From the NCBI RefSeq assembly GCF_009914755.1, contig NC_060934.1: a stretch of 64,000 nt of DNA; one strand, written 5' to 3'. Below, one piece after another: positions 1-44,148 of the stretch (position 1 is the first letter of the stretch; each line of letters begins with the position of its first letter). This DNA is from the human T2T-CHM13v2.0 reference genome, Homo sapiens. The notes under the pieces are model-generated. The model saw nothing but the letters and a program-made list of their open reading frames with translations. It made no database searches and was not told the DNA's origin. The translations under genes were made by a program, and so were the position numbers.

Positions 1-180
1 GCTGCTTTCTATTTGCCATTTTTACTGTGAAATATATTTACAGAAAAATGCATACTACATAAATGTGACAGTTTAACAAGCATCCAGGTCAAGACAGAAC
101 ATTGCCAGTCCTCCAGAAGCCCCTGGAATACCCCATATATCATATCCACCTCCTTCTCCCAGAGGTAACCACTCTCCTGA

Positions 181-558
<378 letters not shown>

Positions 559-745
559 TAGGTTTGCTTGCTCATGACCTTTGTTTGGTGATATAAATTC
601 TTTTGTATGTTATGAGCTTTACATACATACACATATATTCATATATATAGGTACACACATACATGTGTTCATACTTTGTGAATTCTTTGCTGTATTATGA
701 CTTTATAGAAATGGACTCATACAGAATGGATTCTTTCGTGTTTGA

Positions 746-1145
<400 letters not shown>

Positions 1146-1605
1146 TCCAGATTTGGTTAATTCATTCTACTACTGCCAGACATTTGGACAGTTCAGGGAA
1201 TGGGGCTATTACAAACAGTGCTGTTCTGAACAGTCCAAGACTGTTCTGGCACAAATGTGCATGAGTCTATTTAGAGTCTAATCTATGGGTGGAATTGCTT
1301 GCTGGGCCAGAGAATGTATGCATTTCTTCACCTTTACAAGGTAATTCCAAATTATATTCCACAATGGTACTCTTGCCAGCAGTGTATGAGACTTCCTGTT
1401 GTTCTAAATTTTTGTCATACTTAACCAATGTTAGATTTTTTACATTTGCCCTTCTGGTGAGCATATAATAGCATCTCACTGGAGTTTTAATTTGCCTTTT
1501 ACCTATTCATGTGGGAGAAAAAGACAAATGACTTCCAACCTTACATAATACATAATCAATTACAGGTGGAGTATAAATCTAAATAAGCAAGATAAAACAT
1601 GTTTC

Positions 1606-2025
1606 AGCCCAGACGCAGTGGTTCATACCTGTAATCTCAACACTTTGGGGAGGCTGAGGTGAGTCTGAGACCAGCCTGGGCAACATAGTGAGACCCTGCC
1701 TCTAAAAAAAATTTTTTAAATTAATCAAGTGTGGTGGCATGCACCTGTGGTCCCAGCTACTTGAAAGGCTGAGGTGGGACAACCACTTGAGCCTGGGAAG
1801 TCCTGGTGGCAGTGAGCCATGATTGTGCCACTATACTCCAACCTGGGTAACAGAGTGAGACCCTGTCTCTAAAAAAAAAAAAAAATCTAACCAGGTGGTG
1901 GCAGCAGCTCACACCTGTAGTCCCAGCTACTTGGGAAGCTGAGGCAAGAGGATCACTTGAGGCCAGAAATACAAATCCAGCCTAGACAACATGGCAAGAC
2001 CTCCTCTCTAAAACAAATAAGTAAA
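1606..2025 (+). mobile_element. AluJ plus adjacent Alu monomer
   Basis: Diverged Alu consensus. Confidence 0.85.
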
Positions 2026-2767
2026 GAAAAAAATCAAACAACAAAAAAAGCCATAGAAGAATATCTATATGACCCCAGGATAGGAAAGGATTTCTTAATA
2101 TGAAAAAATGTACAAATCATAAAGGAAATATTGATAAATTCAATTATATTAAAATCACAACCTACAAAAGACTAGTATTCAGAGTACATAAACAGCTCCA
2201 GCAAATTAGTAAGACAAACACATAGAACTCAATGGAAAAATAGGTAAAAGATTTGAATAGGCACTTCATAAATTAGGAAATGTAAATATGAAAAGGTACT
2301 CAACCTCATTGGTAATTAGAAAAGTGCAAATTAAAACTCCAATGAGTTATTATTATATACTCACCAGATGGGAAAATATGTAAAAATCTAACATTGCCAA
2401 GCTTGACAAGAATGTGGAACAACGGGAAGTCTCATACACCGCTGGTGAGAGTGTAATCAGCAGTAAATTCTCATGGATTTTCTACCATTACAATTATAGA
2501 ATCTGCAAATAACGCCTGGGGTGTTTCTTCCTTTTCAATCTTTGTGCTTACTTTATTTTCCCTTTTATTTCTATGTTGATTAGACCTTTCATTATAATAT
2601 TGACTAGGGGTGGTAATAACAGACATCCTTATCTTTTTCTGTATTTCAAAGGGAAAGATTTCCATACTTCACCATAAAGTATGATGTTTGCTGTAGGTTT
2701 CTCATAATTAGCCCTTTTAAGATTAAAGGAGTTCTCTTTATTCCTAGGTTGCTAAAACTTTGAGGGT

Positions 2768-2945
2768 TTTTTTTTTGGTTTTTTTTTTTTTTTGAGATGG
2801 AGTCTTGTTATGTCCTTCTGGCTGGAATGCAGTGATTATTCACAGGCACAATCATAGTGCACTACAGCCTTGAACCCCTGGCCTCAAGCAATCCTCTCGC
2901 CTCCACCTCCTAAGTAGCTGAGACTGCAGGCAAGTGCTTAGCTAC
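2768..2945 (-). mobile_element. Alu partial/monomer
   Basis: Diverged Alu arm. Confidence 0.8.
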
Positions 2946-3044
2946 TTTTAAATGCCCAGTTTTAAGGCTTTTTATAAGACATAAAGTCGGATTTTATCAG
3001 ATGGTTTCACTTTAGTGAAATGATCATATGAATTTTATGTTTAA

Positions 3045-3371
<327 letters not shown>

Positions 3372-3721
3372 TAATATTAAACTAACTTTGCATTCCTGAG
3401 ATAAACTCAACTTGGTTGTCATATCTTATACTTTCCTATTGCTAAATTTAGATTGCAAATATGTTTATATACTATTTATTACTTTTGCATATATATTTAT
3501 GAATAAGACTGACTTGCAATTGCCCGTCCTCATTTTGTCCTGGTCAGCTTTGGTGTGGAGGTCATGCTAGCATCATAAAATGGGGTGGGGTGTGCTGTTG
3601 CCTCTTTTTTAATTCTTTGGAAAAGCTTGTGAACTTGGAATTATTTCTTCTGATATGTTTGTTGTTCTTTCACAAAATTCATACCTGTATTTATTTTAAA
3701 GATTCAAGAAATCCTATCAGA

Positions 3722-4000
3722 GGCTGGTGCAGTGGCTCGCGACTGTAATCCCAGAATTTTGGGAGGCTGGGGTGGGAGGGTTGCTTGAGCCCAGGAGTTT
3801 GAAACCAGCCTGGGCAACATGGCAAGACCCCATCTCTACTAAAAATCAAAAATTAGCTGGGCGTGGTGGCGTGTGCCTGTAGTCCCAGCTACTTGGGAGG
3901 CTGCAGTGGGAGGATCACCTAGGCCTGGGAGCAGTGAGCTATAATTTTGCCACTGCACTCCAGTCTGGGAGACAGTGGGACCCTGTCTCAAAATAAATAA
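3722..4000 (+). mobile_element. AluJ
   Basis: Alu consensus. Confidence 0.9.
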
Positions 4001-4447
4001 GTAAACTCTACCAGGCTTATTATAAAATTAGCAGTTCACCTCTCCTTACCTCTAGCATTTCCTGACAGCATTTCCATTTCCAGAGGCCCCAACTTTCAGC
4101 TCTTTCATCTGATTATTTTGGTGTTTATATCCATATCTCCAAGTAACATGCTTTCTTCTATTTTTCACTTTCCAGCATCAGGCATCATCTGTTTCCTAAC
4201 AAGGAAAATGAGGACTTAGCTGTCTTTTGCCCCTCCTCAAATCCAAACACATATGTGTACACTTTCTGTATCCCATCGCCCCCAGGATAGCTGTACCATA
4301 AATTTGCATAGATACATTATTGTGATTGTATAAACACTGTTCACAAGCCATGAAGTATACTGCAATGTGCTTCATACATTTTGATCTTGTTTCAACTTGT
4401 TCTTTTCTTTCTTTTGGAGTTAATACCTTGTTGGTGGTGGTTTTTAG

Positions 4448-4758
4448 TGTTTGTTTGTTTGTTTGTTTGTTTGTTTTCTGAGACAGGGTCTCTGTCACCC
4501 AGGCTGGTGTGTAGTGGTGCGATCTCAGCTCACTGCAGCCTCAACCTCCCCTGGCTCAGGTGATCTTCCCATTTCAGCCTCCCAAATAGCTGGGACTACA
4601 GGCACACACCACCACACCTGTCTACATTTTGTATTTTTTGTAGAGTTGGGGTTTTGCCATGTTGCCCAGGCTGGTCTCAAACTCCTGGGCTCAAGCAATC
4701 TGCACACCTCAGCCTCCCAAAGTTCTGGGATTACAGGCGTATACCACTGCCCCTAGCC
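4448..4758 (-). mobile_element. AluJ with (TTTG)n tail
   Basis: Alu consensus. Confidence 0.9.
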
Positions 4759-5300
4759 CCTTGTTGTTTTTTTGTACTTTAAACTCTTCCCAAATTGTGT
4801 AAATTTCCAACATGTTCAAACATATTGGAATTGTATCAATTTCATCTTGAACCCTCGCTTGGGGTCTTCCACATGGCTCTGATCTGGAGGGTTTTGCTCG
4901 GGAGCTAAGCATAGCTGCTATCCCTGAGCTGCCTTTCTCCACCTCTCTTTGCATCTCTCTTATTTTGGATTCCGTGTCTTCCTCTTTCTTGGTTTACTTT
5001 CTTGTATTGCTGAAGCATAGACCTTCCCTGTTTGAACAGCTTTATTCTACTCTCCTATTTCATTGGCAGTATGGCTGGCACAGGATTCCAAGTTCAAAAG
5101 CATTTCCTCCCAATATTTGAAAGCATTGTTCCATTGTCTTCTGGTTTCCCACATAGCTTGCTCCCGCCATCTCTAGGAGAGTATCACATACCTGCACCTG
5201 TGCTGTGTGACTTGCAGTGCTTTTCTATGCAAAGCATGTTGTCCTCTACCCCATTTGTGGCAGACATGGCCATGGGACTGGCTTTAATGGAATGTGGGAA

Positions 5301-6740
5301 TGTGGCTGTTGCTACAATACACCACCCAGATTTCCCTCCAGGAATGAAGGATAAAATACCCCCAGCGGCTGGGAGAGCTGTCAGAAAACCTCCCTCAGCT
5401 GCTAGCCCTCTTCAGGGATTGCCTGCGCTGAAGAAAATTGCCCTACCCAAGATCATGTTTCCTTCCAGAAGCAGCCTACCTCCCAATGACTGATCAGCGC
5501 AGGGATATGAAGGCCTGGTCCCCTTGCCCCAAGTGGTGACAATCTACAGGGCCATTCCAGCGTCTGGGTTCCCCATGGGGTCAGCAGGATCCAGTGATGG
5601 ACCCAGCTTCCTTCTCCCTGCATCTGTGGTGTTGATCTCATGAATACTTCTTAAGAAATACCTGTATACTGATATCATTTCAGAAATTTTCCCTGGGGAA
5701 TGCAACCTGTCAGAGTTGGGTGCCAGGAGTGGTTCAAGAAAGCAGATCCTAAGATGGGATTTTGAGCTTGATCTTCCACCACCCAGATGGGAATGAAGAC
5801 CCCTGATAATCTCATCAATGATTATCCCTGGCACAGTACAATAGTAAAATGTGTCACCAATGGAAGGGAACGCATTAGCTGCGTGAAATGTCAAGCAGTT
5901 GAAATATGCAGGGAAAACAGTAACTAAGGATTTGGATTTAGGGAGCCATTGCCAAACTCAGTTGACACTCTGGAAAAGTAACAAAAGGTTGAGAGTGATT
6001 AATCAGCAATAAATAGCTATGAATGAAAGCCAGGTGGCCTCTCCTGCAGCAGGAGAACTGGGAAAGCTCAGGCCCAGCACCAGAACTTAGTCACAAAAGA
6101 CGACAAGCTCCAAGGAAGATTGAACCCCCAACCGAGACAAGTTGACTCTGATAAGATCAAGGCTCTGCTTGGGGAAGGACTGGGACCCTGATACATAGGA
6201 TGGGGATATCTGGTTGATGTCCTTGAGAATCTTAAATCCCCAAATTTCTCTGAGCCCTCTGAGCCTGGGGGAGCTCAGATTAAAGACAAGCACCACTCCA
6301 CCTTGCTTGGAGATGATGTGAAGGCCTCCCCCCTGCAAGACACCTTGTTCTTTTCTCAGGATCTGCGAAGGCCTCCCACCCCGGCCGTTACCAATATCTA
6401 TGGTTAAGTCCTAACAACATATTGCTGCCTGGGATGTGCTAGGCCTGCCTGCTGAAGACAGAAAGGGGACACCCCTTGAACAAACTGCAGGACACAACCA
6501 ATTGGACTGGCAGAAGCTGGAAGAGTTCACATGGGGCTGGATTCTAAGTGTGCTGTGTCGAAGGGCAGTGCAGAACACAAATTTGGATAAAAGAGAGTTG
6601 ACCAGTATGGGTGCGCTCCCCCAAGATGCTGATTTCATATGCCGCAAGGCCCCCAGAGATGGTGCAAACGCACTACTAAGGTGGCTCCTAGGAACATGAG
6701 AAAAGCAATGGCCCATCTTAAGTTAAGAAGAAATACCTGT
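5301..6740 (+). mobile_element. ERVL-class LTR (LTR16B-like, ~5301-5711) plus adjacent internal sequence (ERV3-16A3-like)
   Basis: TG...CA LTR resembling recalled LTR16B, followed by tRNA-Leu-type PBS TGGGTGCCAGGAGTGG and degenerate internal sequence. Confidence 0.65.
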
Positions 6741-7589
6741 ACTGCCCTAACAAAATGGAGGCACAGAAGTGACAAAAAACTTGAGCCAGGATTCAAACCT
6801 AGTGTCTTCCGAGTCAAACTCCCTTCCCAGCTTCACCTCAGCTGAGATCTCATATTTCTGTTTCATTGTTTCTTACCTGTCTCAAGTAAACTCAAGCATT
6901 AATCTAGGTGAGTGGCCTTACACTTGCCCTGGAACAGTGAGACAAAAGAGATGGAGAAAGAGGAATGTGAGAGGAAGAGAAGGGAGACTCAGCAAAAAAT
7001 CTAGATGTGAAGAGCAAAGTGCTGGGGTAGCAAAGAGGATTTAGTGGAAGAGAAATGAAGATAGATTCATAACATCTTATTCCAATTCCAGTTTTACAGA
7101 ATCTTAGGTATTACCTAACAGCATTTTTCAAATTGGCATGCACAGAAGGGTCCATTGTTTCAGTTGATAACCAAAGTGCTTTTTAGAGCTAAAATACTAT
7201 TTTTGGTGGCTTAATTACAGGGCTTCTCACAGTGGAAGACACTATCTTTAAATAACTTAATATATAGTATATTTGAATTTCATTCCTTTAAGAAAGTGCT
7301 TGGCAGCAACTGAGTCCACGTAGAGGGCAGGAGGAGATAAATTATTTTATAACATTTGGCACCATCATATTGTCATCATTCAAGGCAACTGGGGGAGCTA
7401 AATATAAGATAGGAATTAATCTGACTTCTCTAAGAAGATATTAATATATTTTCTAAAATCAACCTAGAAAAAATAGAACAGGCAAAAGTGGAATAATTTT
7501 AAGCCTTGTGCTCACCTTTACAGAAACAATAATTCTTCATCAAAATGTCTGATAGACAAATGGCTCCCAGCTGTTCTTCTGGAAGAGCC

Positions 7590-8270
7590 CTCATTCATTC
7601 ACGCACATATGCACCTTATTCAGCTAATACTTATTAAACGCTACTTGGTGCCAGGCACAATGCTAACTACAAAAATGAATAGGACACATTTCTGCTCTGC
7701 AAGAAGCTCACAGATAATTGTAGCATCATGTGGTGAGGGCAATGATAGAAAGAGATAAACTGAAGAGATAGGTATCTGTAGGGCAGGGGAGGGCAAGCAT
7801 GGTAGGCTCCCTGGAGGAGGTGACAGCTGAAAACTGGACTGAATCTTAATGGTTGGATTGATATGTGTGTATGTGTGTGTGCCTGACTGTATGATCTGAA
7901 ATAGAGTTAAATACATATGGTGAACATTTGGAACCCCAAGACATTCCACACTGGTGGAACATCATGTATGACATAAAACAGTCAAGCACTGAGCCTAGGC
8001 AGGCAGGCAGTTACCAGCTCAGAGAGCCTTATTTGCTCAGTAACATCTACTGAGTACTCACTACGTGCCAAACACTATCCTAAGCATTTTTTCTCATTGA
8101 AACCTTCCACCACCCTACCCTGTGAAGTCCCTGCTATGGTAGGATCCCCATTCTACAGACGAAAAAGCTGAGGCCTGGTTTGGCTAAGCACCTTGCCTAG
8201 GTTCTCACGGTAAGTAAAGCCAGGATCTGAATGCAGGCAGTCTTTTTCCAGAGTCCGTGCTCTTCATTCT
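7590..8270 (+). mobile_element. L2 and MIR fragments
   Basis: cattcattca...gtgccaggcac (L2); cccattctacagacgaaaaagctgaggc (MIR core). Confidence 0.6.
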
Positions 8271-8417
8271 TACACATACCTCATGGTGACAGGGACCTAT
8301 TGGAGATGTATTTTTCAGCAGGGAAGTGGAGCGATTGGATTGCCTATTAATACCCTGGTTACAAATGAAATGTTTTAGTTACCATGCAGACTTAAATTTT
8401 AATAGGAGCTAAAATAG

Positions 8418-8578
8418 GCCAGGCTCAGTGGATCATGCCTATAATCCCAGCACTTTGGGAGGCCAAGGTGGAAAGATTGCTTGAGGCCAGGCCAGGAGGA
8501 TTGCTTGAAGAAGTTTGAGACCAGCCTGGGCAATATAGTGAGACCTCATCTCTTAAAAAAAAAAAAAAAAAAAAAAAA
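8418..8578 (+). mobile_element. Alu left monomer (FLAM-like)
   Basis: Single arm with poly(A). Confidence 0.85.
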
Positions 8579-9603
8579 GGACCTAAAGCGGGCAGAGCAG
8601 TCAGGGCCTGCCCTCTCAAAATAGGATGCACCCCAAATCAAGAACCAAGTCAGGAAGTATCACTGACTGCCTAAGAAGAATTCTCTCATATGAGATTAGC
8701 CGCCTGCCCCTGAAATGATTTTCAGATATGTTGCTTGCTGATAGAGCTGCAGTGATCACAGCTAAGTGCTGAGGGGATCTCCCTATTTGCCGATTTAAAA
8801 TGCAGCCCTTCCTGGCTGAAGATAAACTTTAGGAAAGAGCAGGGGGTCTACCCTGAAAAGGTGCTGAGCTCTAAAAGCATGCTTCTGGTGCATTATTTTA
8901 AGTAAGGTGCATCCTTTTAGGTAATTAAGGAATATCGATAACAGAAAGGAAAGAGAGTAAAGCATTTGTCTGTTTCTCCGTAATAGTTTAGATCAGACGA
9001 GACTCTGATCAATTCATCCTTGATCTAATTCACTCAATCACTGTGGTTCTTCTAGGTGCTCAGGATATGGTGGCTGGCAAAATCAGATGTGGCCCCTACC
9101 TTCAAGGATTTTGCAGCCTAGTGAGGGGAAAAGATACCAACCAAAGAATCACTCTCAAATAAATGTGCAATTATAAGTGTGGTGAGTGGTTGGAGAAGTA
9201 CAAGCTAAAGCGAGGACATCCCTGCAGCAGTGAGAACTAAGATTTTCCGGGGAAGTAGGAAAGGAGATAACAGTGGAGAATTCCAGACAGGGCCTGTGGA
9301 AAAGCCCCGAAGGCAGGAAGGAGTCTGCCTGGTCAAGGAATGAAAGGTGTCAAGCATGGCTGGTTTGGGACTTTGGTCTCCACTAGGCCCCAGAGGACAG
9401 ATGGAGAATTTTTTTTCCTTATTTTAAGAACAATGGTAAATCAATCAAATGCTTTGTGTTTGCATTGGGAAATAGGTGACAAGATTGCATTTGCATTATT
9501 TAAAAGAAAAAATCCCTGCTAAGGAGAAATCAGATTGAAAGGAGACAAGAGTTCATTCATTTCTTCTTGTTCTGAATTTAGAGAACATTTATTGTGTGCA
9601 TTC

Positions 9604-10188
9604 CAGTGCTGTGCAATAGAAATATAGTATGAGCCACATTTATCATTTTGAATTTTCTAGTCACATCAAAAAAAGTAAAACACATTAGGTGAGATCCGTT
9701 TTAATATGTTTCATTTTACCCAATATATCAAAAATACTATCATTTTAACATGTAATAATATAAACAAGTATTAGTGCAATATTTTACATTCTTTTTTCAT
9801 ACTAAGTTTTTGAAATCTGCTGTGTATATTCACACACCTCAATTTGGACATAAAATCTTCCTCAGAAATACTTGATCTATATGTAGATTTCATAAAATTT
9901 ACAATTGAAAAAACAGGTTTTTGTACCCAGGTTGTTCCAAACATACTTAAAAGTTTTCCAATAAAATAATAATAATAAAAAAAAGAAAAAAATAAGAAAA
10001 TCAAAAGTTTTTCAATAAATAAACTTTTAGTTTTTAAATTAAGATTAAATAAAGTTAAAAATTCAGTTTCTCAATAACGGTGGCCACATTTCAAGCACTC
10101 AGTAGCCATCTATGGCTAGTGCTACCATATTGGATAGATCAGGAGGGACCTTTCCATCACTGCAGAAAGTTGTATTGGACAGTGCAGA
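9604..10188. mobile_element. hAT-Charlie DNA transposon fossil (MER33/MER3-like)
   Basis: Termini CAGTGCTGTGCAATA / TATTGGACAGTGCAG; gtggccacatttcaagcactcagtagcca motif. Confidence 0.7.
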
Positions 10189-11235
10189 TCTACACGCTGG
10201 TGAGGCCCTGTGTGTTCATTAGCATTGCCTTGGAAGATGTAACCTTCAAAGGTGATAGGTGCTCTAACCTACAACAGCCTCCCTATTTCCATTTAATATC
10301 TTTAAACCCATTCAGCAGCCTTTTGATCCTGTTTTGGTTTCCCAAGAACAGGTTCCTACTGGGAAGAAAATGAGCTCACCTGCTTAGATAAATATCTAGT
10401 CTGCTTGGCTGTTACATTTCTCTTTACATGAATAAAGATGAGTTTCCCAATCTTCATCCTAGACTATCCCTGAGTGAACTATCAACATCAAAGTACTTGT
10501 GAGATCTTGTGGAAACTACCAGCTCTTCACAACCTCATGACTGGCAGCTCCTATCTGTAAAGAGCAAACATTAATTTTCAGGGCTAGCAATGGCAATTAG
10601 GGAATTTAACAAGCCCCCCAGGCCAATGAGCCTCTTGTTTGCTCCTCTTCCTCAAGGTCCCCACTCACAGGGCGACCTTTAGCCAGAAAAGAAGGTCCTG
10701 GAGGGCAGGTGTGGAATTGGAGTGTCTGGCACAGCAGGCCTGGGTGCTGGCTACCCAGGTGCCAGTCCGCCAGGTGCCACCTCTCTCCAGGGTCCCTCCT
10801 CCCTCTCCCCCATTTTTTGCTCCCCATTTGGCTTGAAGGTGAACAGGGAAATGTTTTTCTCTATATCTCTTTAAGAATCTTTGTAAATCTCTGTGGAAAT
10901 TAATTTTGCCCCTCAACTCTGGGCAATGAATAATGTTCACACGATGATTTATCTTTTGCCCTGATTTTTCCCACCCTAATCCCACTTGATACTTTAGTTT
11001 ACCTTCCCTTCAGAAATGGGAGCTCCTTGGAAGCAGGTACCAAACGTTATCTTGCATTCTGTTTTGGTTTTGTTTCTCTGATTCTTTAAAATTCCCCACA
11101 TGGTTTTCTCATCCATTCTATTCAGTAACATTTGAGTGTTGCCTTTTGTTTAACAATGGCTAACATCAATTGAACATTTACTAAATGTTAAGCACTTTAC
11201 ATGAATTTCTTTCATGTAAAAAAATTTTAAAGTTT

Positions 11236-11382
11236 TAAAATTAGAGACAGGGATTGGGTGGGGTGAGAGTGGATCTCTCTGTGTTGCCCAGGCTGGTCTC
11301 CAACTCCTGACCTCAAGCAATCCTCGCTCCCCGTCCTCACGTAGTGGTGGGATTACAGGAATTAGCCATTCCACCTGGCCGG
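11236..11382 (-). mobile_element. Alu monomer within a MIR
   Basis: FLAM-like arm; MIR core flanking. Confidence 0.75.
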
Positions 11383-11866
11383 ATTTCCTCATTTAATCCT
11401 TATAACCGAGCTGTGAAGTAAATATTATTATTTGCATCATTTTACACATCGGGAAACCGAGGCTCAAATAGGTTAAATAAATTTATCCAAGGAGACACAT
11501 CTAGTCAGGGCAGTAAGGAATTAAATCTAGAAAGTCCTAATCTAGAGTTTATAACCTTTGTACAATATTGTGTACCTAGGATGTTTTGCTACTGTGTATC
11601 TACTGTTTTAAATCTCCAGCGAGTTTATGCTGGGTCTAGGAGAGAAAGGGAGGCCCTGCTAAACATTTCATGTGCTTCTTCTCTCAGCAGTAACGTTCTC
11701 AAAGCGGCTAATCAAGAGCTAGAATCGATCAATAGATAGATATCAGGCTGGAGGGTAGCAGTCTGGTCTGAAAGCCGGTCCGCTAGCATTCATAATCTCA
11801 GCGTTCAACCTGGGCGTGCCTCTCAGCTCTCCCGTTAACACTCCCTGCTGTGCTGCTGATTTTTGG

Positions 11867-12211
<345 letters not shown>

Positions 12212-12339
12212 TCACACAGGGAGAATCTATGCTCAAGAGCGCAGAACTAGTTCGTCTCGGTCCATCGTCACTGGTTTTATCCCATTAAAAATAGTAATTT
12301 GCTTTCTCCTAAAAGCGTATAAACACAAAACCAGCCCCT

Positions 12340-13020
12340 GACTGCGAGACACCAAGCTTGTTTAGGTCTAAGCCCGCAGAGAACCCCCGATCCCAGAATT
12401 AGCTGGCGGGCCCGGGAGGAAGTGTTCCCGCCCTCTGTCCCGCCCCGCGGCCCCAGCCACTTCTCGGCCCGCCCTCAGGTTTACTCTCCGCCCTTCAAAG
12501 GCGGCAGCCAATCGGGGAGCCGCGTCCCCGCCGCGCGCGCGCTGCTCCTCCTTCTTGCGGGCCGCGCCCTGCCGGCAGTGACGTGCCCCGCCCTGCAGCC
12601 GCGGGATTCAAACTCCCGGAAGCGGCATCCACACCTGATGGTGTGACTCGGCCGACGCGAGCGCCGCGCTTCGCTTCAGCTGCTAGCTGGCCCAAGGGAG
12701 GCGACCGCGGAGGGTGGCGAGGGGCGGCCAGGACCCGCAGCCCCGGGGCCGGGCCGGTCCGGACCGCCAGGGAGGGCAGGTCAGTGGGCAGATCGCGTCC
12801 GCGGGATTCAATCTCTGCCCGCTCTGATAACAGTCCTTTTCCCTGGCGCTCACTTCGTGCCTGGCACCCGGCTGGGCGCCTCAAGACCGTTGTCTCTTCG
12901 ATCGCTTCTTTGGACTTGGCGGTGGGTATCATCTCCTTACAGATAGGCGCAGAGAGGCCAAGTGACTTGCCCAAGGTCTTTTGTTAGGACGGCTTTTTCC
13001 GATTGGCAGGCACTTTCGTT
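12340..13020. promoter_or_regulatory. CpG-island, TATA-less CEP55 promoter (GC boxes, CCAAT 12508-12512, TGACGT 12579-12584, reverse CHR TTCAAA at 12494 and 12607)
   Basis: High GC and CpG density; motifs read directly. Confidence 0.9.
12610..12921 (+). other. CEP55: CEP55 non-coding exon 1 (5' UTR); alternative donors after 12779 (CAG/GTCAGT) and 12921 (GCG/GTGGGT); TSS approximate
   Basis: Lies in the CpG island. ...GGACTTGGCG spliced to ACCATTTCAGAG-ATG matches my recollection of CEP55 mRNA. Both donor motifs are visible. Confidence 0.8.
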
Positions 13021-13232
13021 GTGTGTTCCTCAAACATCTTTATTTTAGAAGTGAGAAAACTTGTGCCTTTTTTTTGCAGTTTCTCTTTTCCTGTCTGTCT
13101 CCTCAAGTGAGATTTTATGTGGGAATTTTTAAAGATTGGCGTCGCCTTGTAGAAGATGCGGCTTGTAATTGAGGCCTTGTACCATTTACTGGATGGAAGC
13201 GCTTGTTTGGTCACCTGTCCAGCATGACTTAG

Positions 13233-13583
<351 letters not shown>

Positions 13584-13835
13584 TGAGGGCTTGCTGTTAG
13601 GCTCTGTGGGTAACAACAACAACAACAAAAATCAAAGTGCAGTCCTTGAAAAAATAGTTGAACAATTGAAAAAATAAAAGGTTAGCAGGAAGTGTAATTG
13701 GGTACTAGATTGTGTAGGGGTGGGGGTGGGGCAGCTATATCGTTTGTTAAGAGTTCACAGAGGGAAGGCATGCTGAGGAAGGTTTGAACTGGGGGAACCC
13801 TGTGGATGACTGGAATAGGAAATACAGGGAAAGGT

Positions 13836-14250
<415 letters not shown>

Positions 14251-15484
14251 CTAGTAGTCATTCATTGACTGCCAGAGTTTCCGTGCAAAGGTTAGGAAGC
14301 AGATGTTTGGGGGTTCTTTCACGTTCTGTAGATCTATATTTCCATCATTTTGTGTCTCAATGACTTGGTAGTAGTTTTCTGTCCTACGACCCACGATATC
14401 AAGTCAACAGTGTGTTATCAACAGAAACACATAGGAAAGAACTTCCTGTGGCAGCAGGTGACTGAGAGACGCCATAACCTTGCATTTCTTTAACTGATGG
14501 ATGAGCTACTGCAATCTTTCACCTTATAATGGCAAAAATCCAGGACTAACCTTTTGATAGATGATTTCTTCTACTCAATCTCCACAGTTCTAATATGTTT
14601 AGACGTTCTGATTTCACACAGGACAATCTTAAAAGTCACTTCACTACCATTCTAAGGAGGTCTCTCCTGTTTTTACTGATATCATTTATCCCTGTACTTC
14701 TCTTGTGTAATATTTATTACAGTTTGAGGATTCATGAACCCTTGTTTGTTTCCTTGTTATTGCCTGCCTTTACTACACTGAAAGCCCCATAACATTAGGG
14801 AACATGTCTTTTTTTTTTTTTTAAACCAGTTTACACCCAGCATGTATTAGGATACCTGGTAAATAGTAGGCTTTATAGTAATTTTTGAATGCACTAATGG
14901 GCTCATACTCCTTTATATCCTTTAATCACACTGCCATTATTTTATCTTGGGATACATGAAGTAGAAAAATGTTTTTTAACCTCCTTAATTAGAGTTACTT
15001 TTATATACTATTTATATGCATCGTATGCTTCACTAGATTTTTGCCTGCTAAAGTTTATATTATATACTTGTTTCTAAACTGTCATCCAGTACTGTTAGCA
15101 GATACTGAGTTTCTCCTTACTTAATTTGGCCCCTTATTCTTAATTCCTTTCATGCCTGACTCCCCTGAATGTTATACCTCTTTTCCAGTAAATGTCTTAT
15201 TTTAGGTTCTCTTCACTTTTTCCCACTGTGCTCTCTCAAATGATTATTAAGATGGATCTGAACTAGGCTACCTTCTAAAACAGAGGACCTATGTTAAGTA
15301 ATGACATTTCGTGCCTATATACTCAGAATTACATTATTTACCAACAGCTTTTTATTTTGGGCCAAGATATGTCCTTGATTGTGACCTACTTCTTTCAGGC
15401 TTTATTTAATGGTTGGAGACCCCTTCATTGTTTTTTAAACCAAACTTTTCCACAAAAGAATTACACATATAATTACACATATAG

Positions 15485-15818
<334 letters not shown>

Positions 15819-16050
15819 CAAGTTGACATATTTTAGAAGGTGAATACTCCCATTTATCTACCACTGAGATTAAAAAAAAAAGTTACAATACCCCAGAAGC
15901 CTCCATCCATCTTTCTCCATACCCTGCTGGTTTGGATATATCATTTCTATTTAGAGCAGATAGGTTATTAGACCTGTTTCAAACTTGAGATTTAAATTTT
16001 TAAACTCAGAATTATACAGTTGATTTTTATTTTTACAGACCATTTCAGAG

Positions 16051-44148
<28,098 letters not shown>

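Noticed and set aside
5032-5493. 153-aa ORF
   Set aside because: Runs across unrelated repeat fragments into an LTR; no coding signature.
12495-12987. Overlapping 159-aa (minus) and 134-aa (plus) ORFs at the promoter
   Set aside because: Expected from stop-codon scarcity in a CpG island; no recognisable domain.
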